A stretch of 63,907 nt of DNA, filler included, from Rhizaria sp. SCN 62-66 (lineage: Eukaryota): assembly GCA_001724265.1 (NCBI GenBank). It is 6 parts of 6 records of this genome, joined end to end, with 100 filler letters (N's around TTAATTAATTAA, not from the genome) between each part and the next. Parts side by side here need not be neighbours in the genome. Positions count along the whole stretch, not along the records: positions 24,671 to 35,776 come from MEDY01000549.1; positions 35,877 to 46,970 come from MEDY01000550.1; 4 more parts are not named here. One strand, given 5' to 3'. The stretch's first letter is position 1. The number at the start of each line of letters is the position of its first letter. Positions 32,101-43,111 of this stretch are shown one piece after another. Made by a program: the position numbers and the translations under genes. Under the pieces are notes generated by a model. That model was given only the letters and a program-made list of their open reading frames with translations, was not told the DNA's origin and did no database searches.

Positions 32101-33890
32101 CGTCTGTATTCGCTCTTGCACAGGACTGTGAGCGTGCGTCCTCGGCCCGCCGCGCCCGCAGCGCACGCGCCGTGAGCGCGCACCACGGTGTCGTGTCGCT
32201 CGCCCCGCGCCTGCTGCTGCTGGCGCTGCACGCGCAGCTGTTTGCGTCCGCGAGTGACGCCGCCGCGGACGCCGCCGCGCACCTGCGGCTGGCGATGGCC
32301 GCGCTGGCCCGGTGTGAGCGCGCCAGCGACCGCGGCGACCGGGCGCGCGTCGCTGAGCTGGACGCCGGGGTGGCGACGGACGGCGGGGCCGCGCTGTTGC
32401 TAGACGCGTTCGGCTACGAGCACAACAATCACGCCAGTCATGACACGAGCTTGCGCAAGGATAACGGTAGCGACCGCGCTGCAAGTGATCCCACTAGCGA
32501 TGGTTTTGAGGCTGATGTGTTTGCGCATCAAGACGCCAAAGACGTGCTGGCGTATGCCTTGGCTGCAGTGGGCGCGGGCAGCGATGCACAGTTTCACAGG
32601 ATGCACGGACAGGTGAACGCATGGCTTTCTGAGTTCACTGGAGATCACAGCAAGTGCAACGGTGAGGGTGTCCGCGTCGCCGGTGGGGATCATGTGCTCA
32701 GCGCACTCGGTGCTCGCAATAGCCGTGCCATGGCTGACGACGACTCTGATGAAAATGGCGGCGACACGTCCAACAACAACATCAGTCGTCGTTCTAGCTC
32801 TCGTAGTCCCGCTCGCAATAACGCTGGTACTCGCGGCAACGCACGCAGTCCGGGCCATCGTGCACGCAATGCGCGTCCGGGCGCTGGCACTCTAGACGAC
32901 TTTGACACAGCCCTGTCTGACATTGAGGCTGGTGACAGTGACGACGCCCGCGCTGGCAGCAGCGCCGCGGTCAACACGAGCAACGGCGCCAGATGCGGTG
33001 CTGTTGCTATGACCGCAATCGACCGTTTCAAGTTTGCAGATGGCGAGAGTGACATGCTGTTGACCCCGGCGGCGACACCGGCAAAGCCTGCCACAGCGAA
33101 AGTAACAATGGGAGTCGTGGCCGCGACGCCGCCCTCGCGTCGCCGCGACGTCACTCCTGCCAGTCGTGGCGCCGCTGCAGTAAGTCAGACGACAGCGCGC
33201 GCGCGGACACCTGCGACCTTTTCCGGCTCTCGCCCCGCCACAGCTGCCTCAGCATCAGTTCTTGTGGCGACTCCGGTGACTCCGGTGACGCGCGCGAGTT
33301 CACGCACCCGCATTTGCGCAGGCTCTTCCCGTGCAAACGTCGGCTTTGATGCTACGCCGGTCGGCACGGTCACGCCGCCCAACAGAGTTGCTACAGTGCG
33401 CAGCCGTCGCCAGCTGCAGCAAGAGCAGCAGCATCGATCGCAGCAACAGTCGCAGCAAGAGCAGCAGCAGTCGCAGCAACCGCAGCAATCGCAGCAATTG
33501 CAGCGATCGCAGCGGCGGTCGCAGCAGCGGCCGCATAGTGTGTTGTTGCACGGTCTCACTGCCGGACACGCACTTGCTTCACCACATAACAATGACAGCA
33601 TCAGCGCTGTCTGTACCAGTTCTGCGAGCGACACTGTCGTAGCGGCGTCGCCGGCTGCCAATGGCAATGCCAATGACGCATCTGCGGCGGAAGATGCTGC
33701 AGCGGTGTCTGCACCATACATTCTTTCCACAAGCCCTGCGGACCTGTCGCTGCCGATCTAGCGCCGTCATGAGCAGGGACAGGAACTGCAGCAGCAGCAG
33801 CAGCAGCAACAACAACATCAGCAGCAGTAGCGCCCGTAGGATCACATGCAGCGCAGAGGGGGTTCGATTCGTCGGAAGTCTCGTATGTGA
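26118..33890 (+). CDS. Very large (~2590 aa) low-complexity Ser/Ala/Gln-rich protein; four in-frame TAG (26268, 33759, 33828, 33837)
   Basis: The 2491-aa ORF begins at TTG. Reading through TAG 26268 reaches ATG 26118, the first after an upstream TGA. After TAG 33759 the frame continues as poly-Q to TGA 33888-33890. Confidence 0.75.
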
Positions 33891-35527
33891 AGTAAGTGCT
33901 GAGAATTCGGTGTTCACGTGATTGTGGACACTAGCGCGTAACCACAAGAAATAGTTAAATTAGAAATGAGTTGGTCACAGACTCAGCGTTTTTAAGTGCA
34001 CAAGCACGGAAATTATCATGCTGAAATACATCAAAATGTTGGCGAGTTGACCGATAATACAGAACTCACACAAAATCATTCAACATGTATTGTGCAACGT
34101 TTCCTGCGCTATCAGACGCGTCGTTGCTGCCGCAGACGCTTGTTCGCCTCGCCGCCGCGCTGTGACTCTACCGCTCCACGTTTGCGCGCACTTAAAACGC
34201 CCACTTTGTGTCAGTTAGCGGTCTCGGTGTCGATGCTGGAGACGCACATACTAAGCAGCAGTACTGGCGGTGCCATCGGAACGAGTTCCAGTGCAGCACG
34301 CACGGCGCGAGTCCTGAAATGTTGGAGGCGCCGTTGAGCTGGCCTCTCTTTGCGTGGTTGGTGCGCGCCGTCTTTGACGATTTCATTCCAGCGCCCAGCG
34401 CGCTCTACGGTCTGTCATGTTGTAAGTTTCCAAGATGTCCAGTGCGGCCACGACTGGCGGGGCGGCTGGAACCGCAGGGGCTGTGGCGGGGATTGGCGGG
34501 GCTAGGGTGCAAATGGATCCGTTCAGGGCGCTCGCGCAAGTATGAGGCATTTAGCCACAACAGTACAACTAAAATCAACGATTATATCATACTTATGTGT
34601 ATTCGTATGTCATCCCAGCGATCGGCTCTTCGCAGTCATGACCGAGTGTCGCACCGCAGGAATCCAAACAATTATTTTGAGGGATATCGTACTCAGATAA
34701 CATTAGACCAATCATGTTATTGTGATGTCGCATGCAAAAATCAATATGACTTTGGAATATAGAAACGATGGGCATGCATTTGACTCGAGTAAATTACGAT
34801 ATTGTTGCTGCCCAGAATCCAGATCTTACGGACGAGATCAGAGACGAGCGTCACCAAAACGTCATAGTCATAATCGTGGCAGTGTGATCGTCAGATAGAA
34901 TCTTGAGAAGTGAATTACAATTGAGTCAACAGTTTCTCCATTTTGACGTTTTATTGGACCCTCTTTCTCCATAATTTCGGTTGGGGGCCGATCATTTTTC
35001 CCTGGGTCATCCTTAACCAACCTTACCTTCGCAACTTATCGCATTGTTCGCTTTTCGCGTTTTGATTAGGCGTTCCCATGACATCTAGGGCATTGAGTTG
35101 CAAGCTATGTGGCAGGAACATGCGGCAAGCTGGCAAAATCCGACCACAAAGTCTTTGCCAGTCCTGTCTCAAGGTACGAAGCTCCTGAAACAAGTTTGTC
35201 ATATTCACCGGATTGTATTTTACATCTGTCTATTTCGAAGCTGACACTGTTGGAAGATTTCATAACCTTCACTCGTGTGGTTTATTCTATTTTTTTCTGA
35301 GTTTAGTCTGAGATTGAGCTTCAAGATGAGTCCATGTTACCAAACGGCCTAATTGAGTTAACTCCCAACACTACTAGTCATCAAGACCCAAGTGTACGTC
35401 ACGCTGCTAATGTTAGCCATGAATTGTGAAGAATTATGTTGATTATCATACACTATATAAGTCACCAACCGCACCATTAGGTGTAGAGCACTATCTAACA
35501 AGTTCATCTTCCCCCAATTTACGATGA

Positions 35528-35776
35528 ATGAATGATACGAACGATTTTTAGTCGTGCTACAAACATGACGAGCCTGCGCTTATGCTCTACTGGTGCGACA
35601 CGTGTGTCAACGTCGTATGCGGTCACTGCGTGGTGATTAATGGTGAACATAAAGATCACACCATCCGCACCGTCGCCGCCAAGCATGCTGAGCTCCGCTC
35701 TCACGCTGCCACACTCACCCCGCGCATTGCCACACTGGCGCAGCAACTCAAGGACGAGACTGCGCTCACTGAAGCC
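35528..35776 (+). CDS. B-box zinc finger plus coiled-coil protein, N-terminal fragment
   Basis: CYKH..CDTC..CGHC..HKDH B-box pattern followed by a helix. A start at ATG 35528 needs TAG 35549 to be sense; otherwise TTTTAG is a splice acceptor. Confidence 0.75.
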
Positions 35777-35876
35777 NNNNNNNNNNNNNNNNNNNNNNNN
35801 NNNNNNNNNNNNNNNNNNNNTTAATTAATTAANNNNNNNNNNNNNNNNNNNNNNNNNNNNNNNNNNNNNNNNNNNN
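35777..35876. other. Artificial contig linker
   Basis: 44N-TTAATTAATTAA-44N. Confidence 0.98.
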
Positions 35877-36379
35877 CGAGCACGCCATGGCCGAGTAGGT
35901 GTCGAGCGGGTGGATGATGTTGTTGGCGTCGGCCTTGAGCAGGCGCGAGAAGATGGCCTTCTCCACGCCCAGCACAACGCCGTCAACGCATTTAATACCG
36001 ATGGAGGTTCTGCAATAGAAACAAAGAACGGAGGACACACATAGAAGGTGAGCAGACGAAGCAGGGGACAACGATGGGGTTGACTCAATCTCAAGAGTCA
36101 GGAATCTCACGTACCCAGCCTTCTCGACAGCCTTCTCGGCGTACTCAACCTGATACACACGGCCATCAGGCGAGAAACTCATCACAGAGTAGTCATACTA
36201 ACGCGGTTGCCGGGCGAAACAAAAGTCAGGGGTGCGTGAGCAGGGCGATCAACACAAGGCGGGGGTTCAGATGACCACCGATCAGGTCGTTGGAACCAAG
36301 AGAAGACATAGGATGAGATCGGTTGGGATTCACGCAATTTAATTCGTTGAAGTAGACGTACACCGGCGCCCGAAGACAT
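35877..36379 (-). CDS. PSMA3: 20S proteasome subunit alpha-7, 5' part (exons 36379-36362, 36197-36115, 36009-35877)
   Basis: Spliced [51 protein letters not shown]; proteasome alpha signature with the alpha-7-type N-terminus; GTACGT donors. Confidence 0.9.
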
Positions 36380-36651
36380 TGTTAATCTGCTATGCGAAAA
36401 GCACGTAGATCAGTTCCGATCAGTTCGATTTTGTGCGAGCCCTCTTGTCTCGACCTCACTTTCTTTTTCGGTGGCCTTCGATTTTTGCACTTGTGGCTGG
36501 ACGGCGCACTGGCTCACAAATGCAAGTTGCAGAAGGGCAAGACATTTTTATAATTTCACATAGACAATTTTTCTAAAAGTTTGGCTATTTATTATGACTA
36601 AGTAACGTTTTTTCTGGCCTCAGCTCAGTATCTGCGCGGGTATCCAGCGAT

Positions 36652-38304
36652 TCATCCGAAGAGCATGTCAACGAAGGGGTTCTCAAAGCGGAACCCGGCG
36701 GTCCAGGTCTCCGCCCCCGCGGCCGTCTGCCCGCGCGGCTTGTTCTCCGGCCGCTCCCAGTAATCCACGGGCACCGCCGCGTCAAGCTTTCCAGTCCGCA
36801 GCACCTCATGCTCACGCTCGCGCCACCGTGCCGCTTCCTCTTGCTCTCGGAACAACGCTGCATCCTGTGCTTCCACACGCGTCGCAAGCGCGCGCGCGAC
36901 GCGCTTCTGTGTCAGCGACAGCGCGGGTGCCGGGGCCGTGGGGTCAACGCCCGCCGTGAGCCCGCGCGCGCGCTGCAGCTCGGCGAACACAGGCGCGTAG
37001 CCCGCGACAGGCAGCGCTACGACGACTTTGCGCGCTGATAACACAACGCGCGCAGTGACTTCGCCGGCGCGGAAAGCGAACGGCAGCGACACAGACACAG
37101 GCGCGAATCGGCGCGATAGCGCAAACGGCACGAGAGAGTCCGCATCAGGGTCGCCGTCGCCGTTCTTGCTGTTGTTGAAGGCCGATGTGGGCGGCGGCTG
37201 TGCGAACGCGATGACGACGTCGCCGCCTGACACCGCGACACGCACGTCCGCAGGCGCGATGCCCTGCGTCTCGCGGACCTCGATAACCACAAATGCGGGC
37301 GGTGCGGGCAGCCCCGGCGCGCGCGCGACGCAGCGGGCGGCGTAGTCGGCGTAGAGCTCCAGCGCGTCGCCGCCGTCAGCCGCGCGCGGGGCCTCGGCGT
37401 CGCCGGCGGGGGCGCGGCAGAAGACTTTGACCGGCAGCACAGTCGCGCCAGACGCCGTCGACGGCGGTGTGGAAGCAGAAGACAATGACGAAGCATCGGT
37501 CTTCGCGCTGGCACTCAACGACGCGGAAGAAGAAGAAGATAACGTCGACTTGGCGCTCTTGGTCGTGATATTGTTATCGTTTTCATCCTCGTCGACGACT
37601 TCTTCGATGAGGGCACCGCCGCTCGACGAGCGTACCTGACCGGAAGACGTCGCGGCGGCGTCCTCAGCGGAGACACCGGGACGTCGGATGCGCTGCGGCG
37701 GGGGCGCGCCGGTGCCCTTAAACTTAAGCCGCGGGAACGATAACTTATCGTAGTCAAGTGCGGCATTAGCGCGACGCTCGACCATCGCGAGTGCAACTTC
37801 GACAAGGAAGTCGCGGAACGCGGCCAGCGAGCGCGAGCGAAGACACATCTCGCGCGCAATAAGCGCAACGTCCTGCGGCACGTCGGCGTCGTCGAAGCGG
37901 CCCTGCGCGAGTGCGACAGCGGAGGGGTGGAACACGACGTCGAGCGCGATGCAGTCTGTGCCTTCGTGGTCCTTCTCGAAACGCGGCTCCGAGCACGCGG
38001 ACGGCGCCGAGACGGAGACTTCCTCAGACTCGGAGCCCGGCGCCTGCGTCTGACGCGGCGGCGCGATGGCATCGTGCGAGCAGATGTTGACGAAGACCTT
38101 GCACCCAGCGGGGGTCTGAATGGGGCCGGAGTAGGTGTTCACAGTCGCAGTCGCGGGGAAGCGCGTCTTGACCACGAACTGCGCTGTGGGGTGGATCAGC
38201 AAAGACTTGCTCTCGTATTCTTCCTGCGCCTGCTGGCGCTTTGCGTACTGGTCCCAGACGATGTCCAACGACTTGGGGTACGCCTTGTCAGACAAGTCCG
38301 CCAT
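36652..38304 (-). CDS. PIH1-domain protein (DNAAF2/Kintoun-like or PIH1D1-like)
   Basis: LIHPTAQFVVKT..KVFVNICSHDAI..EPRFEKDHEGTDCIALDVVFHP..RLKFKG, followed by a CS-like beta domain and a FRFENPF tail. Confidence 0.85.
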   Translation of the reverse strand: MADLSDKAYPKSLDIVWDQYAKRQQAQEEYESKSLLIHPTAQFVVKTRFPATATVNTYSGPIQTPAGCKVFVNICSHDAIAPPRQTQAPGSESEEVSVSAPSACSEPRFEKDHEGTDCIALDVVFHPSAVALAQGRFDDADVPQDVALIAREMCLRSRSLAAFRDFLVEVALAMVERRANAALDYDKLSFPRLKFKGTGAPPPQRIRRPGVSAEDAAATSSGQVRSSSGGALIEEVVDEDENDNNITTKSAKSTLSSSSSASLSASAKTDASSLSSASTPPSTASGATVLPVKVFCRAPAGDAEAPRAADGGDALELYADYAARCVARAPGLPAPPAFVVIEVRETQGIAPADVRVAVSGGDVVIAFAQPPPTSAFNNSKNGDGDPDADSLVPFALSRRFAPVSVSLPFAFRAGEVTARVVLSARKVVVALPVAGYAPVFAELQRARGLTAGVDPTAPAPALSLTQKRVARALATRVEAQDAALFREQEEAARWREREHEVLRTGKLDAAVPVDYWERPENKPRGQTAAGAETWTAGFRFENPFVDMLFG

Positions 38305-39485
38305 GTTCTGGCCCTGAGGTCAAGAAAGAATCGATTACACGAGATAAACAAAGGTCACGAGTAAAGATTTTTGAACACAAATTCTATATTGATATACAAA
38401 AAGGATTGTCAAAGGGCAGTTCAAATGACGAGCTTATGATGAAGATATGATCATTTTAAGAGTCGTCGATTCAAAGCTACAAAACGGCTGCTTGGCCAAC
38501 CACGAACCAACCACAGATGCACATTTTAACACTCTTTCTTGTCTACAGCTTTGGTATCTCTAGATACACAATTAAAAATACATTTTTTGCAAACTATCAG
38601 TTAAATAAATTCTATGGCAGCACGTGTTTACGAAAATTTCTCTGACTGTGTTGAGATATATCGTGCGCAATCTAAGAACTAACCTACCTTTTCAAGTTTA
38701 TCAACTTGAAATGCGTGCATAGTTGTGAAGAACGCTGTTGTCTCTCAAGCTAGCATGTAGACATAGTATTTGCAACGTTGGATTTGCTATATCCACTGCA
38801 GATTGCCATTGAGAATCATCCGAATCTCCCTATTACAGACATGTTATCTATCGTCAGGGTGGAGTTAAGGAGTACATTCCACGTTATAGTAGCACGGGTT
38901 TGACGTCCATAGCAACAGCACAGACGTATGTTAGACATTTTGTTTACAACCTACCACTCAAAGAGTACTCGAGTGAACGGGCAAAGTTATGCTTGTTATT
39001 GCCCTCACGGAGTAACCATGGATGCATAACATTTCACTCGTAAAACTGTTGCTATACATGCGTTTTTTTCAATGCAACAACTTTATATACCCAATTTCTG
39101 GTTATAAAAGGCATCAAAATATGACATATTATTTCGAGGAGTCTGCTGGCTGCAATTTGACCGAGAAGTTAAACTGTAAAGTGTTTTATGCCAAAAGTTC
39201 AGGACCACACGCCAACGCTCGGGCGAGCGACCACGAGTCGCGAAGGCTCTTTGAAGACAAACTGCGATGTCGATTCCCAATGCAGTCATATCGTCTGCTG
39301 CGATTTTTATAGTATATACGCAGTTTAATCGCACGCTTAGTCTTTGATTATCTTTTTCATTTCTTCCCAGTCCAACTATGGGGAGACCTATGGACCTGCG
39401 TTTGCGCTGTTCGAACTGAACTCAATCATCATCATCTCTTGTCTCTTGATTCCCAGGTCACTTCGCACCACCTCGATTGCTCACC

Positions 39486-41671
39486 ATGCAGTCCAATCGT
39501 GGCGCTAACGCTGTGGCGCAGCGCCTTGCCCGCGCGGTGTGCTCACGCGAGCGCGTCTCACTCGCCCTCAGTCGCGGTTTCCAAGCCTCTGCCCACGTGC
39601 TTGCAGCCACCGCCTCGACGCCCTCGGTCACTTTACGCGTTGCGTCCTCGGCCTCCGCGTCGTTATCGACGATGCCCGCGCAGCTTGTGGAGGAAGCCGA
39701 CCGCAAGCGCCGCCTTGAGCTCATCGATGCCGAGGCCAGCCACCGCCCCGCGCTCTCCGCCAAGACCACCACACCCCTGCGTCCCCGCCGCAAGACCGCC
39801 AAATCCTCCTCCGCTCTCGCCACCGCCGCTGCCGCCGCCGACCTCTCCGCGTCCCCCACTGTCGCTTCGTCGTTTGCCGCGGCTGCCGCGTCCCCCGCGG
39901 TCCACCAGGCCACCGCCGAGGCCGCCGCGACCCTCGTTGCGTCCATGCGCTCCATGGTCTCCGCAGTCCGCGCATCACTTAACTCCTCCGCTGACGTCGC
40001 GCGCGCGGTGCCGGACATCGCCCGCACGGCGCAGCAGCGCGCGCTGCCCGTCCTGCGCGTCGCCGCCGCGCGCACTGAGCGCTCTGCCGCCGCTCTTGCG
40101 GACTCAGCAGCCGCCTCGGCCACGGGGAACCTCCGCGGGTTCCGTGGGGAACTCGTCCGCATCGCGCGTTCCGCCGCCGTCGCCGCGCGCGCCACTGCGG
40201 ACGCGCTCAAGGATGGCGCCCCGGGCCTCCCCGGACCTGCCACTTCTCCTGCCTCTCAACAGCAACAAAACCAGCAGCAGTCCACGGGCTTCACAAGTGC
40301 ACAGCAGCAACAGCAACAGCAACGGCACGCTGCGTCGCCCGGTGTGCGGCGCGGCGCTGACGAGCTCGCGTCCGGCTCGGTGCGCGAGGCCGTGCGCTCC
40401 ACGTACTCCGATTCCCCGCGGCCGATGCCGCACCCCGGCGACCCCCGCGGCCGCGACCACGGCAGCGGCCGCGGTAACTACTCCGCCGACTGGGAGGCGT
40501 TCGGCGCGCGCTTGGGCAAGATCTTCGGTGAAGCCGGTGACTGGGCGCAGATGCACGGCCGCGCGCTGTGGTTTGCCACGCCCCCCGGGGTGAAGATCTT
40601 CGGCGGCATCGCGCTTGCTCTCTTCATCGCGATGAAGGTTCTTAGCAACATCGTCTTCATCGCCGCCGCCGTGATCGCGTGGCGCTACTCCGCCGGTCTG
40701 CGGCGCCGGCTTGCTGCGTGGATGTGGGAGCAGAACCACGTGGTTGCGGCCCAGCTCGTTTCGCCAGTTCCCAACAGGCCGCTGTATAACCCGGCTATGA
40801 CTGAGCAGGAGCAGCGCCAGGCCGTCCGTGACTTCGTTGACAACGTCGGTACGTCCTGTTTCACTATATTGCCGCTAAATAAGACAATATGCCTACACTA
40901 TAACGTTTTATAGCGTGCTGGATGTCAAATCTTTTATTTTACTGAGTTTTTGTTTCGTATGTATCACACCACAACATTAATGTACACTCACATTATCATC
41001 CACATCTTTGCATCGATCTTTGCTTGGCTTTATCTTTTTTAGGTCCCATGTCTGGCCACTCTTACGCGATGGCGACGCAGGACCGCGACGCTCTCCGCAT
41101 GGCCCACAACGTCATCTCCGCCGCCGTCCGCGAGCGTCTGCTGGACTCGATCCGCGAATGGCGCACTGAGCGCCGCGAGCTCTCCCAGGGGCCTGTGTTC
41201 GAAGAGTACTTCGGCTCCGGCGCCGCGGTGGACTGGAGCCAGTTCGAGCACCGCGAACTCGGCGCAGACGGCACCAGCGACGAGCCCATCAACCCACCGT
41301 ACGAGCATGATAACGCGCTTGTCTCGTCGTTGTATCTCGCGTTTCCTGTGGTGCGCACAGCCACCGGTGTCCGGCTCGGGCACTTGGTTGTGTACGCGTC
41401 CAACGGCGCGGAACGCGTGGTGGACCGTGACAGGCTGCGGCTGCTGTACGAGGGCACGCGCGGGCTGGAGGAGCAGTTGCAGCGGATTCAGATGTTCCGC
41501 ACCGTGGTGCTTGATGTCGCGTTTATCAAGTCGCCTGAGAGGGAGCGCGTGTGTGTCGCCGGGTTTGATCTCATGCGCAAGAAGTTCCCGCCGCCCGGGA
41601 AGCGGCTGGATGGCAAGGAGGATACGCACATTGTCGAGGCTGAGTATGTCGAGGTTGATCCCAAGAAGTGA
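39486..41671 (+). CDS. Probable mitochondrial membrane protein of unknown function (exons 39486-40848, 41043-41671)
   Basis: Arg/Ala/Ser-rich presequence-like N-terminus; hydrophobic segment IFGGIALALFIAMKVLSNIVFIAAAVIAW; a phase-1 GTACGT..TTTTAG intron joins the two ORFs. Confidence 0.65.
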
Positions 41672-42014
41672 GTGATGCTACCAGTTCAACCGACTACGTA
41701 GCAAAATCAGCACTCACGCACAGCAATATTTAACGGTTCAGACGAAGAGTTCGTGCACATGGAAAATACTTGTAGTTGAGAGAAAGTTGGTCTTGTGTAT
41801 TCAACGACTATATAATCGATTCTAAAGAAAGAGACAATCGCAAAGATGGTTTCTGTGTGTCTTGTGAACCTAAAGGAGAGCACGTAGGGAATGAACGCAG
41901 GACAGGTTTTAAGTGAGGTCAGATGAAATGAGAATAAAACACTTAAGTTAAGAGCATATAAGTAAAAGTTGTTTTGCGTTTGTCAGATCTAGCGTCGTGT
42001 CGTAACACTTAAAT

Positions 42015-42685
42015 AGGCTCAGCGGCGATCGAGTCCGTCTTGCACGTCGCGGGCCCGTGAGGGTCTCGGGATGTACAAAAACGCGCCCGCGTTTACCGCG
42101 GTCGCAAGCTGAAGGGGGAAGCACTATCCACCGCGTGAAGCGAGGGGTGGCGCGGGCCTAACAGCCTGTCTCGAAAGCTACCTTGACGAACCAATCGGTT
42201 GAGACCACAAAGTTCCGATTCCTCGCGGACGGGAGTAATACACTCCGTGTCCTTGGATCCTCGGGCGCGGTCTCAACGCCGTGCTCAAAGAATGGATTAG
42301 CTAGAGTGTCATCAGGTCCGCAAATGGGAGGGATAGAGTAAGGAGTAGAAGAGCACAGGAGCGGGATACGTACCGTCAACATGAGACGTTGGGTGCTTTC
42401 GGAGGCTGGCTATCTGCGAGGACTGGTAGCAGTCTTAAAACGCATTGCGGCCGCACCCAGTAAATAAATTCATGGCAAAAACACCGCCACAGACACTGCG
42501 ACGCCTATTGCGACGCGCTGTGCGGATGCCAAGGGGATGGTAAACGATTCGAAAGTTTCTCCCGAGACCTGACCCTGCGGTTCGCGCCACGGCCCGAGGC
42601 TGTCCGGCCGCCGACCAGTCTGGACTCTAAGTGCTCACAGTCGGGTTGGCCAGCCTCCGTCTAAGGGGTCAGAACGCCCGAGAAG
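42015..42685 (-). ncRNA. Candidate long structured ncRNA, identity unknown
   Basis: Many nested complementary segments in a GC-rich intergenic island without a credible ORF. Strand is tentative, from G-U versus A-C asymmetry. Confidence 0.45.
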
Positions 42686-43111
42686 AAGAAAAAGGCTCTT
42701 TGCGGCCCGAGGGCATCGTTTGTGGCGCTATTATTGTTATGTATTAACTATTTTGCCGGTTTATATTTTGTGGCCCTTCTGCGGCGCTGACCACTCTTTG
42801 CTTGTCCCGTATTGACCACTGCTGCCATGCCCTGCCGGTGTGGGCTGCGAGGATCAGGCTGAATAGCATTCACGCGAGTCCCCTGAGCCGGAGGACTTCT
42901 CTGCGCTTTTGAATGTTTATTCTCTGCGTAGAACTCATTGCAACAGTTCTATTCAGCCCACCGCGCACGGTCGATGCGTTGCCACTGCGACGTACTATGT
43001 GTTTGTTTCTTGCTTGCTCAATCTTTTGTTTCCCTCAGTCTCATGCCGCTCTTGCTTTCTGCGTCTCCTGTGCTGTTGTTTCGCTGTTGTTGCCCCTTGT
43101 AGTTTGACGTG

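Noticed and set aside
33860-33875. GGTTCGATTC as the T-loop of a suppressor tRNA
   Set aside because: No cloverleaf around it and it lies in a coding tail; I found no tRNA gene in the window
34100-34500. GC-rich patch with faint similarity (GLxP..HxNxF) to the 5843-6522 remnant
   Set aside because: Too short and degenerate to support without a search
42308-42316. CTGATGA on the minus strand as a hammerhead core or snoRNA box C
   Set aside because: No stem II plus GAAA, and no suitably placed box D stem
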